From Planctomycetota bacterium (GTDB lineage Bacteria > Planctomycetota > UBA11346), in assembly GCA_038231435.1 (NCBI GenBank), contig JBBRLJ010000022.1, positions 1 through 64,000 on the forward strand: a stretch of 64,000 nt of DNA, read 5' to 3'. This document shows, piece after piece, positions 55,939-64,000 of the stretch (position 1 is its first letter; the number at the start of each line of letters is the position of its first letter). The notes beneath the pieces are model-generated. The model made no database searches and was not told the DNA's origin. It saw nothing but the letters and a program-made list of their open reading frames with translations. Position numbers and translations under genes: made by a program.

Positions 55939-57398
55939 TGGCATCCGCCTCGCCCATGTCGCCCGCCGGCACCCCGGTCGCGTTCGCGCTCAGCCGTCAG
56001 CAGGCCGAGCGCGTCACCGGCGGACGCTGGATCGGCACGGTGAGCGATGTGCGCCTGCGCGGAGCCGCCAGCGACAGCCGCCAGGTGCGCAAGGGCTGCC
56101 TGTTCGCCTGCCTGCCTGGAGCGCGCGTCGATGGGCATGATTTCGCCGCGGGCGCGGTCGCGCAGGGAGCGGCGCTGATCCTCGCCGCCAAGGCGCTGCC
56201 CGGGATCGCACCGCAGGCGGCGCCGGTGCTGATCGTCGCCGACGTGGCGCTGGCGCTCGCCGCGCTGGCCGCCGAGCTGCGCCGTGGGCTCGACGCGATG
56301 GCCTGGATCGGCGTCACCGGATCCAACGGCAAGACTACGGTGAAGGAGCTGATCGCCGCGGCGTGCTCGGCGGTCGGATCCGTACACGCTACGCTCGGCA
56401 ACCTCAACAACCACCTCGGCGTGCCGCTCACCGTGCTCAACACCGCCGTCGACGCCAAGTTCGCGGTGGTCGAGATGGGCGCGAACCACGCCGGCGAGAT
56501 CGCCCAGCTTGCGGCGATCGCCAGCCCGTCGATCGGAGTGATCTCCTCGCTCGGCCCGGCCCATCTCGAGGGTTTCGGCTCGCTCGAGGGAGTGGCGCGC
56601 GCCAAATCCGAGCTGTTCGCCGCGCTGCCCCCAGGTGCCACCGCCATCCTCGGCGTCGCCGGCCTCGACATGGTGGCGGCACGCCACGGCACTTCGATGG
56701 CGAAGCTGCTTGCGCCGGTTCGCGATGCGGCCGCAGGCCGGCGCCTGGTGCTGGTCGGCGGCAACGAGTGTCCCGTCGACGGCGCGGTGGAGGACGACGC
56801 GATCGTGCTGCGCACGCCCGAGGGCGAGGCGCGCCTGCCGCTGTTGGGCGCGCACAACCTGGCCAACGCCGCGGTGGCGTACCAGGCCGCGCTCGCCGCC
56901 GGCGTCCCCGGGGCGCGCGCCCTGGCCGGGATGGCGCGTGTCCTGCCGGTCGGCGGCCGCTTGGCGGCGCGCCGCGCCGGCGCCCACGTCATCCTCGACG
57001 ACACCTACAACGCCAACCCCGGTAGCATGATGGCCGGTCTCCAGGTGCTCGCATCCCGTCCCGGCCTGCGCCTCGCGGTGCTCGGGGGCATGGGCGAGCT
57101 CGGTCCGGACGCCGCCCACGGCCACCGGCTGGTCGGGACCGAGGCCGCGCGCCTCGGTCTGCCGTTGATAGCGGTCGGCGCGCGCGGCGGTGAGATCCTC
57201 GATGGCTATCGTTCCGCCGGCGGTGCCGATGGCGTGCTGGTCGCCACACGCGAGGACGCGGTCGCGGCGGCGATGGCGAAGCTCGCGGCCGGTCCCACCA
57301 CGGTGCTGGTCAAGGCCAGCCGCTCGAGCGGACTCGAGGCGGTGGTCGAGGGCCTGATCGCGTCGATCACCGGCGGAAGTCGGGGTGGCGCATGTTGA
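55935..57398 (+). CDS. murF: UDP-MurNAc-pentapeptide synthetase
   Basis: DSR, G.R.DGHDF, GVTGSNGKTTVKE, NNHLGVPLT, EMGANH.GEI, DD.YNANP.SM, LVKASRS. Confidence 0.96.
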   Translation: MMASASPMSPAGTPVAFALSRQQAERVTGGRWIGTVSDVRLRGAASDSRQVRKGCLFACLPGARVDGHDFAAGAVAQGAALILAAKALPGIAPQAAPVLIVADVALALAALAAELRRGLDAMAWIGVTGSNGKTTVKELIAAACSAVGSVHATLGNLNNHLGVPLTVLNTAVDAKFAVVEMGANHAGEIAQLAAIASPSIGVISSLGPAHLEGFGSLEGVARAKSELFAALPPGATAILGVAGLDMVAARHGTSMAKLLAPVRDAAAGRRLVLVGGNECPVDGAVEDDAIVLRTPEGEARLPLLGAHNLANAAVAYQAALAAGVPGARALAGMARVLPVGGRLAARRAGAHVILDDTYNANPGSMMAGLQVLASRPGLRLAVLGGMGELGPDAAHGHRLVGTEAARLGLPLIAVGARGGEILDGYRSAGGADGVLVATREDAVAAAMAKLAAGPTTVLVKASRSSGLEAVVEGLIASITGGSRGGAC

Positions 57399-58612
57399 AA
57401 TACCTGGCGCTCCTGCAGAACCACTTCGGCCCCTTCCGCGTCTTCGAATACGTCTCGAGCCGCGTGGTGCTCTCGGCGGTGACCGGATTCGTGCTGATGC
57501 TGGTGGTGATGCCGCCGCTGATCCGTTGGCTCAAGCGCAAGAAGTTCGGCGAGAGCGGTGCCAAGGGCGACGGCGCGGTGGTGGTCGACGCGATGCGCGA
57601 CAGCAAGAAAGGCACGCCGACCATGGGCGGCCTGGGCCTGGTCGCGTGCATCGCCGCTACCGCGCTGCTGTGGTGCGATCCAACCGAGGCGCGCACCTGG
57701 CTGATGGTGTTCGGACTGGTGATGTTCGCGCTGGTGGGCTATCTCGACGACCGCACCAAGATCTTCAAGGGCGCCAAGGGCACGCCGACCTCGGTGAAGC
57801 TGGGCATCCAGCTCGGCGTCGCGCTGGCGTGCGGCATCGCCCTGTACCTGATCAACGAGCACTACTATCAATCGCTGGTGCTCGGCAAGCTTTCCGAACT
57901 CTCGGTCGCAGACCATCTCATCGGCTCGCCGCCCGAGTTCTACCGCAAGCACTTCGCGCTGACCGGAGACACCTACACCGTGCGCCTGGCCGTCCACCAA
58001 CTGGTCTTCCCCTTGATGAAGGTGGAATACGCGGTGAGCCTGGGGATATTCTCGATCTTCTGGGTGATGTTCGTCACCACCGCCTGCGCCAACGGGGTGA
58101 ATTTCACCGACGGCATGGATGGGCTCGCCGCCGGCACCATGTTCATCGCCGCGATCGCCTTCATGGTCATCGCCTACGTCACCAGCCGCGTCGACAGCGC
58201 CGACTACCTCAAGGTGCTGTACGTGCCGGTCGGACAGGAGGTGGCGGTATTCTGCGCAGCGATTGCCGGGGCGTGCCTCGGATTCCTGTGGTTCAACGGC
58301 TCCCCGGCCGAGGTCTTCATGGGCGATACCGGCAGCCAGGCGCTCGGCGGCAGCCTGGGCCTGGTGGCCCTGACCACCAAGCAGGAGTTCCTGCTCGTGC
58401 TCGTCGGCTTCATCTTCGTCATCGAGGCCGGCTCGGTCGCTTTGCAGATCGCGAGCTACCGCCTGCGCGGCGGCAAACGCATCTTCCTGTGCGCGCCGAT
58501 CCACCACCACTTCCAGTACAAGGGTTGGCCCGAATCGAAGATCGTCATGCGCTTCTGGATCATCGCCGCGCTCGCCGCCCTGCTCGCCCTCGCCACCCTG
58601 AAGCTCCACTGA
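57392..58612 (+). CDS. mraY: Phospho-MurNAc-pentapeptide transferase
   Basis: K.GTPTMGG, G.LDD, NFTDGMDGLA, FMGDTGS, APIHHHF...GW.E.K.V.RFW. Confidence 0.97.
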   Translation: MLKYLALLQNHFGPFRVFEYVSSRVVLSAVTGFVLMLVVMPPLIRWLKRKKFGESGAKGDGAVVVDAMRDSKKGTPTMGGLGLVACIAATALLWCDPTEARTWLMVFGLVMFALVGYLDDRTKIFKGAKGTPTSVKLGIQLGVALACGIALYLINEHYYQSLVLGKLSELSVADHLIGSPPEFYRKHFALTGDTYTVRLAVHQLVFPLMKVEYAVSLGIFSIFWVMFVTTACANGVNFTDGMDGLAAGTMFIAAIAFMVIAYVTSRVDSADYLKVLYVPVGQEVAVFCAAIAGACLGFLWFNGSPAEVFMGDTGSQALGGSLGLVALTTKQEFLLVLVGFIFVIEAGSVALQIASYRLRGGKRIFLCAPIHHHFQYKGWPESKIVMRFWIIAALAALLALATLKLH

Positions 58613-58663
58613 CATGCACACGATCGCCGCAGCCCGCACGCCGCACGCCGCACGGATCCCGTC

Positions 58664-59848
58664 ATGACCACCAAATGGCTGCGGTTCCAGCTGTGGGCCC
58701 TGGTCGCCGCGTTGTGCGGCTTCGGCCTGGTGATGATCGCCTCGACCACCGGCACCATGAGCGGCAAGGACGGCGGAGTCACCTACAGCTACATCATCAA
58801 GCAGGCCGGGGCGATGGGCCTCGGCACCCTGATCGCCGTGGTCATGAGCGCGATCGGCGTCGAGCGCTGGCGCGATGGGCGGCTGGTCGCATTGGCGGTG
58901 CTGGGCACGGTCGCGGCGTTGGTCGCGGTGCTGGTGGTCGGCCGCAGCATCAATGGCGCGCGCCGCTGGATCGATCTCGGGCCAGTCAACCTGCAACCTG
59001 CCGAACTGGCAAAGCTCGCCCTGGTGATCGCGGCCGCCTGGCATTTCGGCCGCTCGGCCGAGAAGGTGCGCTCGTACTTCCACGGCGTGCTCATGCCGCT
59101 GGCGGCCTTCGCGGTGGTGGCGGGGCTCATCTACCTGACCAAGGACCTGGGCTCGGTGCTGGTGCTGGGCGTGGTGCTGTGCGCCATGCTCGCCTACGCC
59201 GGCGCTCCATGGCTCTACTTCATGTCGATCAGCCTGGCCTGCGCCCCGGCGCTGGTCTACGTCACGGTGTTCAGCGAGGCCTACCGCCGCGACCGCATCC
59301 TCGCCTTCCTGGATCCGGACAAGTACGACGGCCCAGCCGCCTATCACCTGCGCCAGAGCTTCATCGCCATCGGCAGCGGCGGGCTGTTCGGCGTAGGCCT
59401 GGGCGAGAGCTCCTCGAAGCTCGCCTTCCTACCCGAAAAGCACACCGACTTCATCTACGCGGTGGTGTGCGAGGAATTCGGCATGGCCGGAGCGCTCGCC
59501 GTGGCGCTCGCCTTCCTCATGCTGGTGGTCACCGGGCTGCTGATCGCCGCCAACACCAAGGACCTGCACCAGCGCCTGCTGGCGATCGGCGCGACCATGG
59601 CGCTCGGCATCCAGGCGTTCTGGAACATGCTGGTGGTTACCGGTGCGGTGCCCACCAAGGGCCTGACCCTGCCCTTCATCAGCTACGGCGGCTCGAGCGT
59701 GCTGGTGTGCCTGGCCCTCGTAGGTCTGCTCGACGCGGTGGCGCGCGCCAACGCCGAGGAACCCCTGCGCCAGAACTCGACCTCGCAGCGCATCGGCGCG
59801 CGCATCCGCAGCGAGAAGGCCATGCGTTGGCAGACGGACGGCGCATGA
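58664..59848 (+). CDS. ftsW: SEDS peptidoglycan polymerase FtsW
   Basis: NGARRWI.LG...QPAELAK, DLG, FLPE.HTDFI.AV..EE.G, PTKGLTLPFISYGGSS. Confidence 0.96.
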   Translation: MTTKWLRFQLWALVAALCGFGLVMIASTTGTMSGKDGGVTYSYIIKQAGAMGLGTLIAVVMSAIGVERWRDGRLVALAVLGTVAALVAVLVVGRSINGARRWIDLGPVNLQPAELAKLALVIAAAWHFGRSAEKVRSYFHGVLMPLAAFAVVAGLIYLTKDLGSVLVLGVVLCAMLAYAGAPWLYFMSISLACAPALVYVTVFSEAYRRDRILAFLDPDKYDGPAAYHLRQSFIAIGSGGLFGVGLGESSSKLAFLPEKHTDFIYAVVCEEFGMAGALAVALAFLMLVVTGLLIAANTKDLHQRLLAIGATMALGIQAFWNMLVVTGAVPTKGLTLPFISYGGSSVLVCLALVGLLDAVARANAEEPLRQNSTSQRIGARIRSEKAMRWQTDGA

Positions 59849-59920
59849 GCGGGCATCCACGGTCCACGGACGCTTCTCCAGGTGTCCGACGACGGACGAC
59901 GGACGATGGACGGTCCCTCC

Positions 59921-61153
59921 ATGCCTAAAGCCCAAGGCGTACTGTTTTGCGGCGGCGGTACCGGCGGCCATGTGCTGCCCGGTCTCGCGGTGGCGGCGGA
60001 ACTGCGCGCGCGTGGCGAACCTGCGCTGCGTTGGATCGGCGATCCCCAGCGCATCGAGGCCAAGCTGGTCCCCGCCGCCGGCATCGTCTTGCTGCCGTGG
60101 GGCCTGTCGCGCCCACGGCCCATGGACCCGCGTTGGCTGGCGGCTTCGGCGCGCCAGGCCTGGCACTGCTTCCGCGAACTGCGCGCCCACCCGCCGCGGG
60201 CGATCGTCGCGCTCGGTGGCTATGCCGCGTTGCTTCCCGGCCTGCTCGCGCCGCTGTTGCGCCGACCGTTGGTGGTCATGGAGCAGAACGCCCGTCCCGG
60301 ACGCACCAACAAGCTGCTGGCGCGCTTCGCTCGCGCCGTGGTCACCCAGTTCCCCGAGGCCCAGGAAGGTCTGCCGCTGGGCAAGGTGCGCATGCTCGGC
60401 AATCCGGTGCGTGCCATCGCCGCGCTGCCACGTGGCCGCGACCAGCGTCTGCGCGTGCTGGTGGTCGGCGGCAGCCTGGCCGCGAAGAGTCTGAACGATC
60501 TGGTGGTCGGCGCGGCTGCCGGACTCGCCGCCGTGCGCGACCTGGTGATCGTCCATCTCGCCGGCGAGGACGATCGCGCCCGGGTCGCCGCCGCCTACCT
60601 CGCCGCCGGGGTCGAGGCCGAGGTGCACGGCTTCTTCAGCGATATGCCCGGCCTCTACCGCCACATCGACCTCGCCATCACCCGCGCCGGCGCCACCACC
60701 GTCGCCGAGCTGTGCGCCGCGGGCATCGGAGCGCTCTACGTGCCATTGCCCTGGGCCGCCGACGACCACCAGACCGCGAACGCCCAGGCGATCGCGCGCA
60801 TCGGCGGCGCCATCGTCCTGAACCAGGCGACCGTGACTCCCGAGCAGCTCGCCGGGCACATCGCGCGTCTGGCCGCCGACCGCGCCGAGGTCGCGCGCTT
60901 GGGCGTGGCGGCGCATACGCTCGCCCGTCCGCGCGCCGCGGCACACGTGGCCGAACTGGTGCGCCGCGCAGGTCGCGTCGCGGGCCTGGAGCGGATCCGC
61001 TCGCGCCGCGCCGACGCGCGTTCTCGCTGGTCGCGGGCGATTTCCGGCGCCAGTCCGCACCAGAATTCCAGCCGACGGGTTCCGGTGACGCTTAACCAGA
61101 CCCTGAGTCCGACTCTCAAACCGACTCTCAACCAGAACGAGGAGCGACCATGA
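59921..61153 (+). CDS. murG: MurG glycosyltransferase
   Basis: GGGTGGH, GGY, EQNA.PG.TN, GNPVR, GGS.AA, RAGA.TVAE, DDHQ..NA. Confidence 0.95.
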   Translation: MPKAQGVLFCGGGTGGHVLPGLAVAAELRARGEPALRWIGDPQRIEAKLVPAAGIVLLPWGLSRPRPMDPRWLAASARQAWHCFRELRAHPPRAIVALGGYAALLPGLLAPLLRRPLVVMEQNARPGRTNKLLARFARAVVTQFPEAQEGLPLGKVRMLGNPVRAIAALPRGRDQRLRVLVVGGSLAAKSLNDLVVGAAAGLAAVRDLVIVHLAGEDDRARVAAAYLAAGVEAEVHGFFSDMPGLYRHIDLAITRAGATTVAELCAAGIGALYVPLPWAADDHQTANAQAIARIGGAIVLNQATVTPEQLAGHIARLAADRAEVARLGVAAHTLARPRAAAHVAELVRRAGRVAGLERIRSRRADARSRWSRAISGASPHQNSSRRVPVTLNQTLSPTLKPTLNQNEERP

Positions 61154-62664
61154 TCTGCAGCCTCTTCCGTGGACGTCGCGTACATCTCATGGGCATCGGT
61201 GGAGCAGGGGTCAGCGCCCTGGTGCCGCTCCTGCAGGAGGTCGGAGCCATCGTCTCTGGCTGCGACTGCAGCGAATCGCCAGTGGTGGCGCGATTGCGTG
61301 CCGAGGGTGTGCCGATCGCCCAGGGCCATTCGATGGCCCACGGCGAGGACGCCGACCTGGTGGTGCACACCGCCGCGGTCGCCATCGACCATCCCGAGCT
61401 GGTCGCGGCTCGTGAACGCGGCGTGCCGGTGATCACCCGCGGTGAATGCCTGGTCGAGCTGATGACGGGTACGCGCACCATCGCCGTCTCGGGCAGCCAC
61501 GGCAAGACCTCCACCACCTGGATGATCGGCCACCTGCTCACCGAGGCTGGCCTGGATCCGGTGGTGATGGTCGGCGGATCGGTGGCCTCGCTCGGGGGCG
61601 GCGCGCGCGCCGGTCACAGCGACCTGTTCGTCGCCGAGACCGACGAGAGCGACGGCAGCTTCGCCGAGGTCGAGCCCGAGATCGCCATCCTCACCAACCT
61701 CGATCACGAACACCTGCGCCACTACGGCGGCTTCGCGGCCATGGAGGACAGCTTCAACGCGTGGCTCGCGCGCGTGCCCAAGAGCGGCGCGGTGATCGTG
61801 CCCACCAGCGGGCTGTCGGCGCGCGTCACCACCGGCGTTTCCGCACGGATCATCCGCTGCGGGCTCGATTCCGGCGACTACCATGCCCGGGATCTCGAGC
61901 TCGGGCCGGATGGCAGCCGCATGCGCGTCATCGGTTTCGGCGAGGATCTCGGCGAGGTGCGCGTCACCATCCCCGGCGCGCACATGGCGCACAACGCGCT
62001 GATGGCGATCGCCGCCGCCCGCCACGTCCAGCCGGGCTGCGACCTGTCGGCGCTCGCCCGCTGCGAGCGCGTACGCCGGCGTTTCACCGTCCACGGCAGC
62101 CCCGGCGGAGTGCGCGTGGTCGAGGACTACGGCCACCACCCGACCGAGGTGCGCGCCACCATCGCGGCGGCCAAGCTCGGCGGCGGCAACGTCCACGTGG
62201 TGTTCCAGCCGCACCGCTACACCCGCACCGCCGACTCGTTCCCCGATTTCGTCGCCGCCTTCGACCAGGCACATACCCTCGCGCTGCTGCCGATCTACGC
62301 CGCCAGCGAGCAGCCGATCCCCGGCATCGATTCGCGTCTCCTGGCCGATTCGATCCGCATGCGCCAGGGCGGCCCGCCGACGGTGTTCTACACCGCCGAC
62401 GAGCAGGAGATCGTCGAGCTGATCGGCCGCGAGGCCGAGTCCGGTGACACCGTGCTGATCCTCGGCGCCGGCGACGTGGGCAACCTGAGCGGGCCGTTCA
62501 TGCGTTTTTTTCGCGTCGCCGGTCCCGACCACGCGGTCGCGGCCGGCCAACCACCCGGCCGTCCACACGGGGACGCCCGAGCGCCCGCAAGCGGCCCCGC
62601 CGGCGCGATGGCAAGTGACCAATCGGATGAGACCGCGCACCACGACGTCAAGGACGTAGCCTGA
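61150..62664 (+). CDS. murC: UDP-MurNAc--L-alanine ligase
   Basis: H.MGIGG.G.SA, GSHGKTSTT, E.DESDGSF, RRF, DY.HHPTE, FQPHRYTRT, GAGD. Confidence 0.96.
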   Translation: MICSLFRGRRVHLMGIGGAGVSALVPLLQEVGAIVSGCDCSESPVVARLRAEGVPIAQGHSMAHGEDADLVVHTAAVAIDHPELVAARERGVPVITRGECLVELMTGTRTIAVSGSHGKTSTTWMIGHLLTEAGLDPVVMVGGSVASLGGGARAGHSDLFVAETDESDGSFAEVEPEIAILTNLDHEHLRHYGGFAAMEDSFNAWLARVPKSGAVIVPTSGLSARVTTGVSARIIRCGLDSGDYHARDLELGPDGSRMRVIGFGEDLGEVRVTIPGAHMAHNALMAIAAARHVQPGCDLSALARCERVRRRFTVHGSPGGVRVVEDYGHHPTEVRATIAAAKLGGGNVHVVFQPHRYTRTADSFPDFVAAFDQAHTLALLPIYAASEQPIPGIDSRLLADSIRMRQGGPPTVFYTADEQEIVELIGREAESGDTVLILGAGDVGNLSGPFMRFFRVAGPDHAVAAGQPPGRPHGDARAPASGPAGAMASDQSDETAHHDVKDVA

Positions 62665-62666
62665 CC

Positions 62667-63602
62667 GTGTTCACCCCGGATTTCATCCACGCCAACCAGG
62701 TCGGCGAGCTGCGGCTCGCAACCCTGACCACCATGCGCATCGGCGGACCTGCGACGGTGGTGACGCTCGATAGCCGGGGCTCGCTCGCCGAGCTGCTCGA
62801 ACGACCGCACCGCTGGCTGGGCAAGGGAGCGAATCTGCTGGTCGGCGATCAGGGAGTCAGCGAGCCGGTGGCGCGCCTCGGACCATCGTTCGCCCGCTGC
62901 GAGATCGGCCCGCTGCGTAGTGGCGTCGCCCTGGTGGCGGCGGGGGCCGCGCTCGATCTCGCCGAACTGATCGCCGCCTGCGTGAAGTCCGGGCTCGCTG
63001 GTCCCGAGGGTTTGTCCGGCGTCCCGGCGACGGTCGGCGGTGCGCTACGCATGAACGCCGGCACCAGCACCTGCTGGATGCTCGACTGGGTGTCGCGTGT
63101 CGAGGTGGTGCTGCCCGGCACCACCGCACCGCGTTGGCTCGAACGCGCCGAGCTGCCGGCGTCGTACCGCGATTGCGGCCTGCCCGTTGGCACGCTATTC
63201 CTCGGCTGCGAACTCTCGCTCGCCCACGGCGACCCCGGCGCCTTGAAGGCGCAGGGCACCAAGCTCAAGCAGGCGAAGGCCGCCTCCCAGCCGTTGGCCA
63301 TGCCCAGCGCCGGCTGCGTATTCAAGAATCCCTCGCCGCAGCTGCCGGCCGGCAAGCTCATCGACGAGCTCGGGCTCAAGGGCACACGCGTCGGCGGCGC
63401 CATGGTCAGCCCGGTGCATGCGAACTTCATCGTCAACCCCGAGCGCGTCGCCAGCTCGGCCGACGTCGCGGCGCTGGTGCGCCTGATCCGCGAGCGCGCC
63501 TGGCGCGAGCGCGGCGTCGAGCTGCGCATGGAGGTCGAGACGTGGAATTGTCCCGACGAGCTGAAGCTGCATCCCAGGGATCTGATCGGGAGCGTGGCAT
63601 GA
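62667..63602 (+). CDS. murB: UDP-N-acetylenolpyruvoylglucosamine reductase
   Basis: T..RIGGPA, G.G.NLL, G.PATVGGA..MNAG, SYR, QP...PSAGCVFKNP, HANF.VN. Confidence 0.95.
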   Translation: MFTPDFIHANQVGELRLATLTTMRIGGPATVVTLDSRGSLAELLERPHRWLGKGANLLVGDQGVSEPVARLGPSFARCEIGPLRSGVALVAAGAALDLAELIAACVKSGLAGPEGLSGVPATVGGALRMNAGTSTCWMLDWVSRVEVVLPGTTAPRWLERAELPASYRDCGLPVGTLFLGCELSLAHGDPGALKAQGTKLKQAKAASQPLAMPSAGCVFKNPSPQLPAGKLIDELGLKGTRVGGAMVSPVHANFIVNPERVASSADVAALVRLIRERAWRERGVELRMEVETWNCPDELKLHPRDLIGSVA

Positions 63603-63690
63603 AGGATCGTCCGAACTCCGATGTCCGTCGTCCATCGTCCAGCATCGGGACGACCGATGTCCCCCTGACCACGAGCCAGGGACGGTTCCC

Positions 63691-64000
63691 ATGCTGATCG
63701 ACGTCATCATGGGCGGCCCTGGCCGCGAGGCGGCGGTCAGCCGCATGTCGGGGTCCGGCATCGCCGCTGGCCTGACCCGGAAGGGCCACGATGTGGTCAT
63801 CGTCGATCTGCGCGGTGAGCTCGAACCGGCCCGCCTGCGCGCGGGCGCGCTCGCCTTCAACATCGTGCACGGAACCTACGGCGAGGACGGTCGCCTGCAG
63901 GCCGCGCTCGAGGCGCTCGGCAAGTCTTACGTCGGTTCCGACGCGGTCGCCAGCGCCCTGTGCATGGACAAGGACAAGACCAAGAAGCGCCTGCAGGACG
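63691..64000 (+). CDS. ddl: D-alanine--D-alanine ligase (partial, runs off the window)
   Basis: Manual translation MLIDVIMGGPGREAAVSRMSG...FNIVHGTYGEDG.LQ..LE......YVGSD..ASALCMDK..TK. Confidence 0.95.
   Translation, partial: MLIDVIMGGPGREAAVSRMSGSGIAAGLTRKGHDVVIVDLRGELEPARLRAGALAFNIVHGTYGEDGRLQAALEALGKSYVGSDAVASALCMDKDKTKKRLQD

Noticed and set aside
57385..59928. 847-aa Arg/Pro-rich alternative-frame ORF (and similar ones such as 8037-9803, 23922-26051, 57206-59347, 60736-62643)
   Set aside because: They overlap well-supported genes and have the composition typical of off-frame high-GC translation.

Overview
High-GC bacterial chromosome segment, most likely from a member of the Planctomycetota/PVC group. 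This assignment is inferred from gene content (a non-catalytic Nth-like protein, a membrane-anchored prenyltransferase/squalene-oxidase-repeat protein, a Hanks kinase, a short extra sigma-70) and is not proven. Bases 1-822 are the decayed end of a genomic island integrated at the 3' end of a tRNA-Pro(GGG): an ISL3 transposase start and terminal repeat, a frameshifted YHS-like gene, and a serine-recombinase C-terminal remnant. The rest is mostly core genome: a transglutaminase-like/TPR exported protein, a PepSY-like gene plus OmpR-family two-component pair, alaS, PTS enzyme I, galK, an ECF sigma, pilN-O-P-Q without pilM, rne/rng, rplU, a DUF2225-like protein, holB, a sigma-70, a minus-strand envelope cluster (Ser/Thr kinase, FlgT_C-like/NHL protein, membrane protein, manA, two LPP20 lipoproteins), yebC, a DUF349 protein, leuS, a ferredoxin, and a dcw cluster (mraZ-[unknown ORF]-rsmH-ftsL-ftsI-murE-murF-mraY-ftsW-murG-murC-murB-ddl; no murD) that runs off the end. 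Best leads: (1) a three-copy structured intergenic element with compensatory base changes, always just downstream of a stop codon; (2) an unannotated leaderless Leu/Ile/Val-rich leader peptide with hairpins upstream of leuS; (3) an AlaRS lacking the conserved G3:U70-reading Asp; (4) a divergent MraZ with a non-canonical repeat operator and a new small ORF inside the dcw operon; (5) a kinase-linked FlgT/LPP20-like envelope module. All family assignments come from motif recognition by eye; no searches were run.
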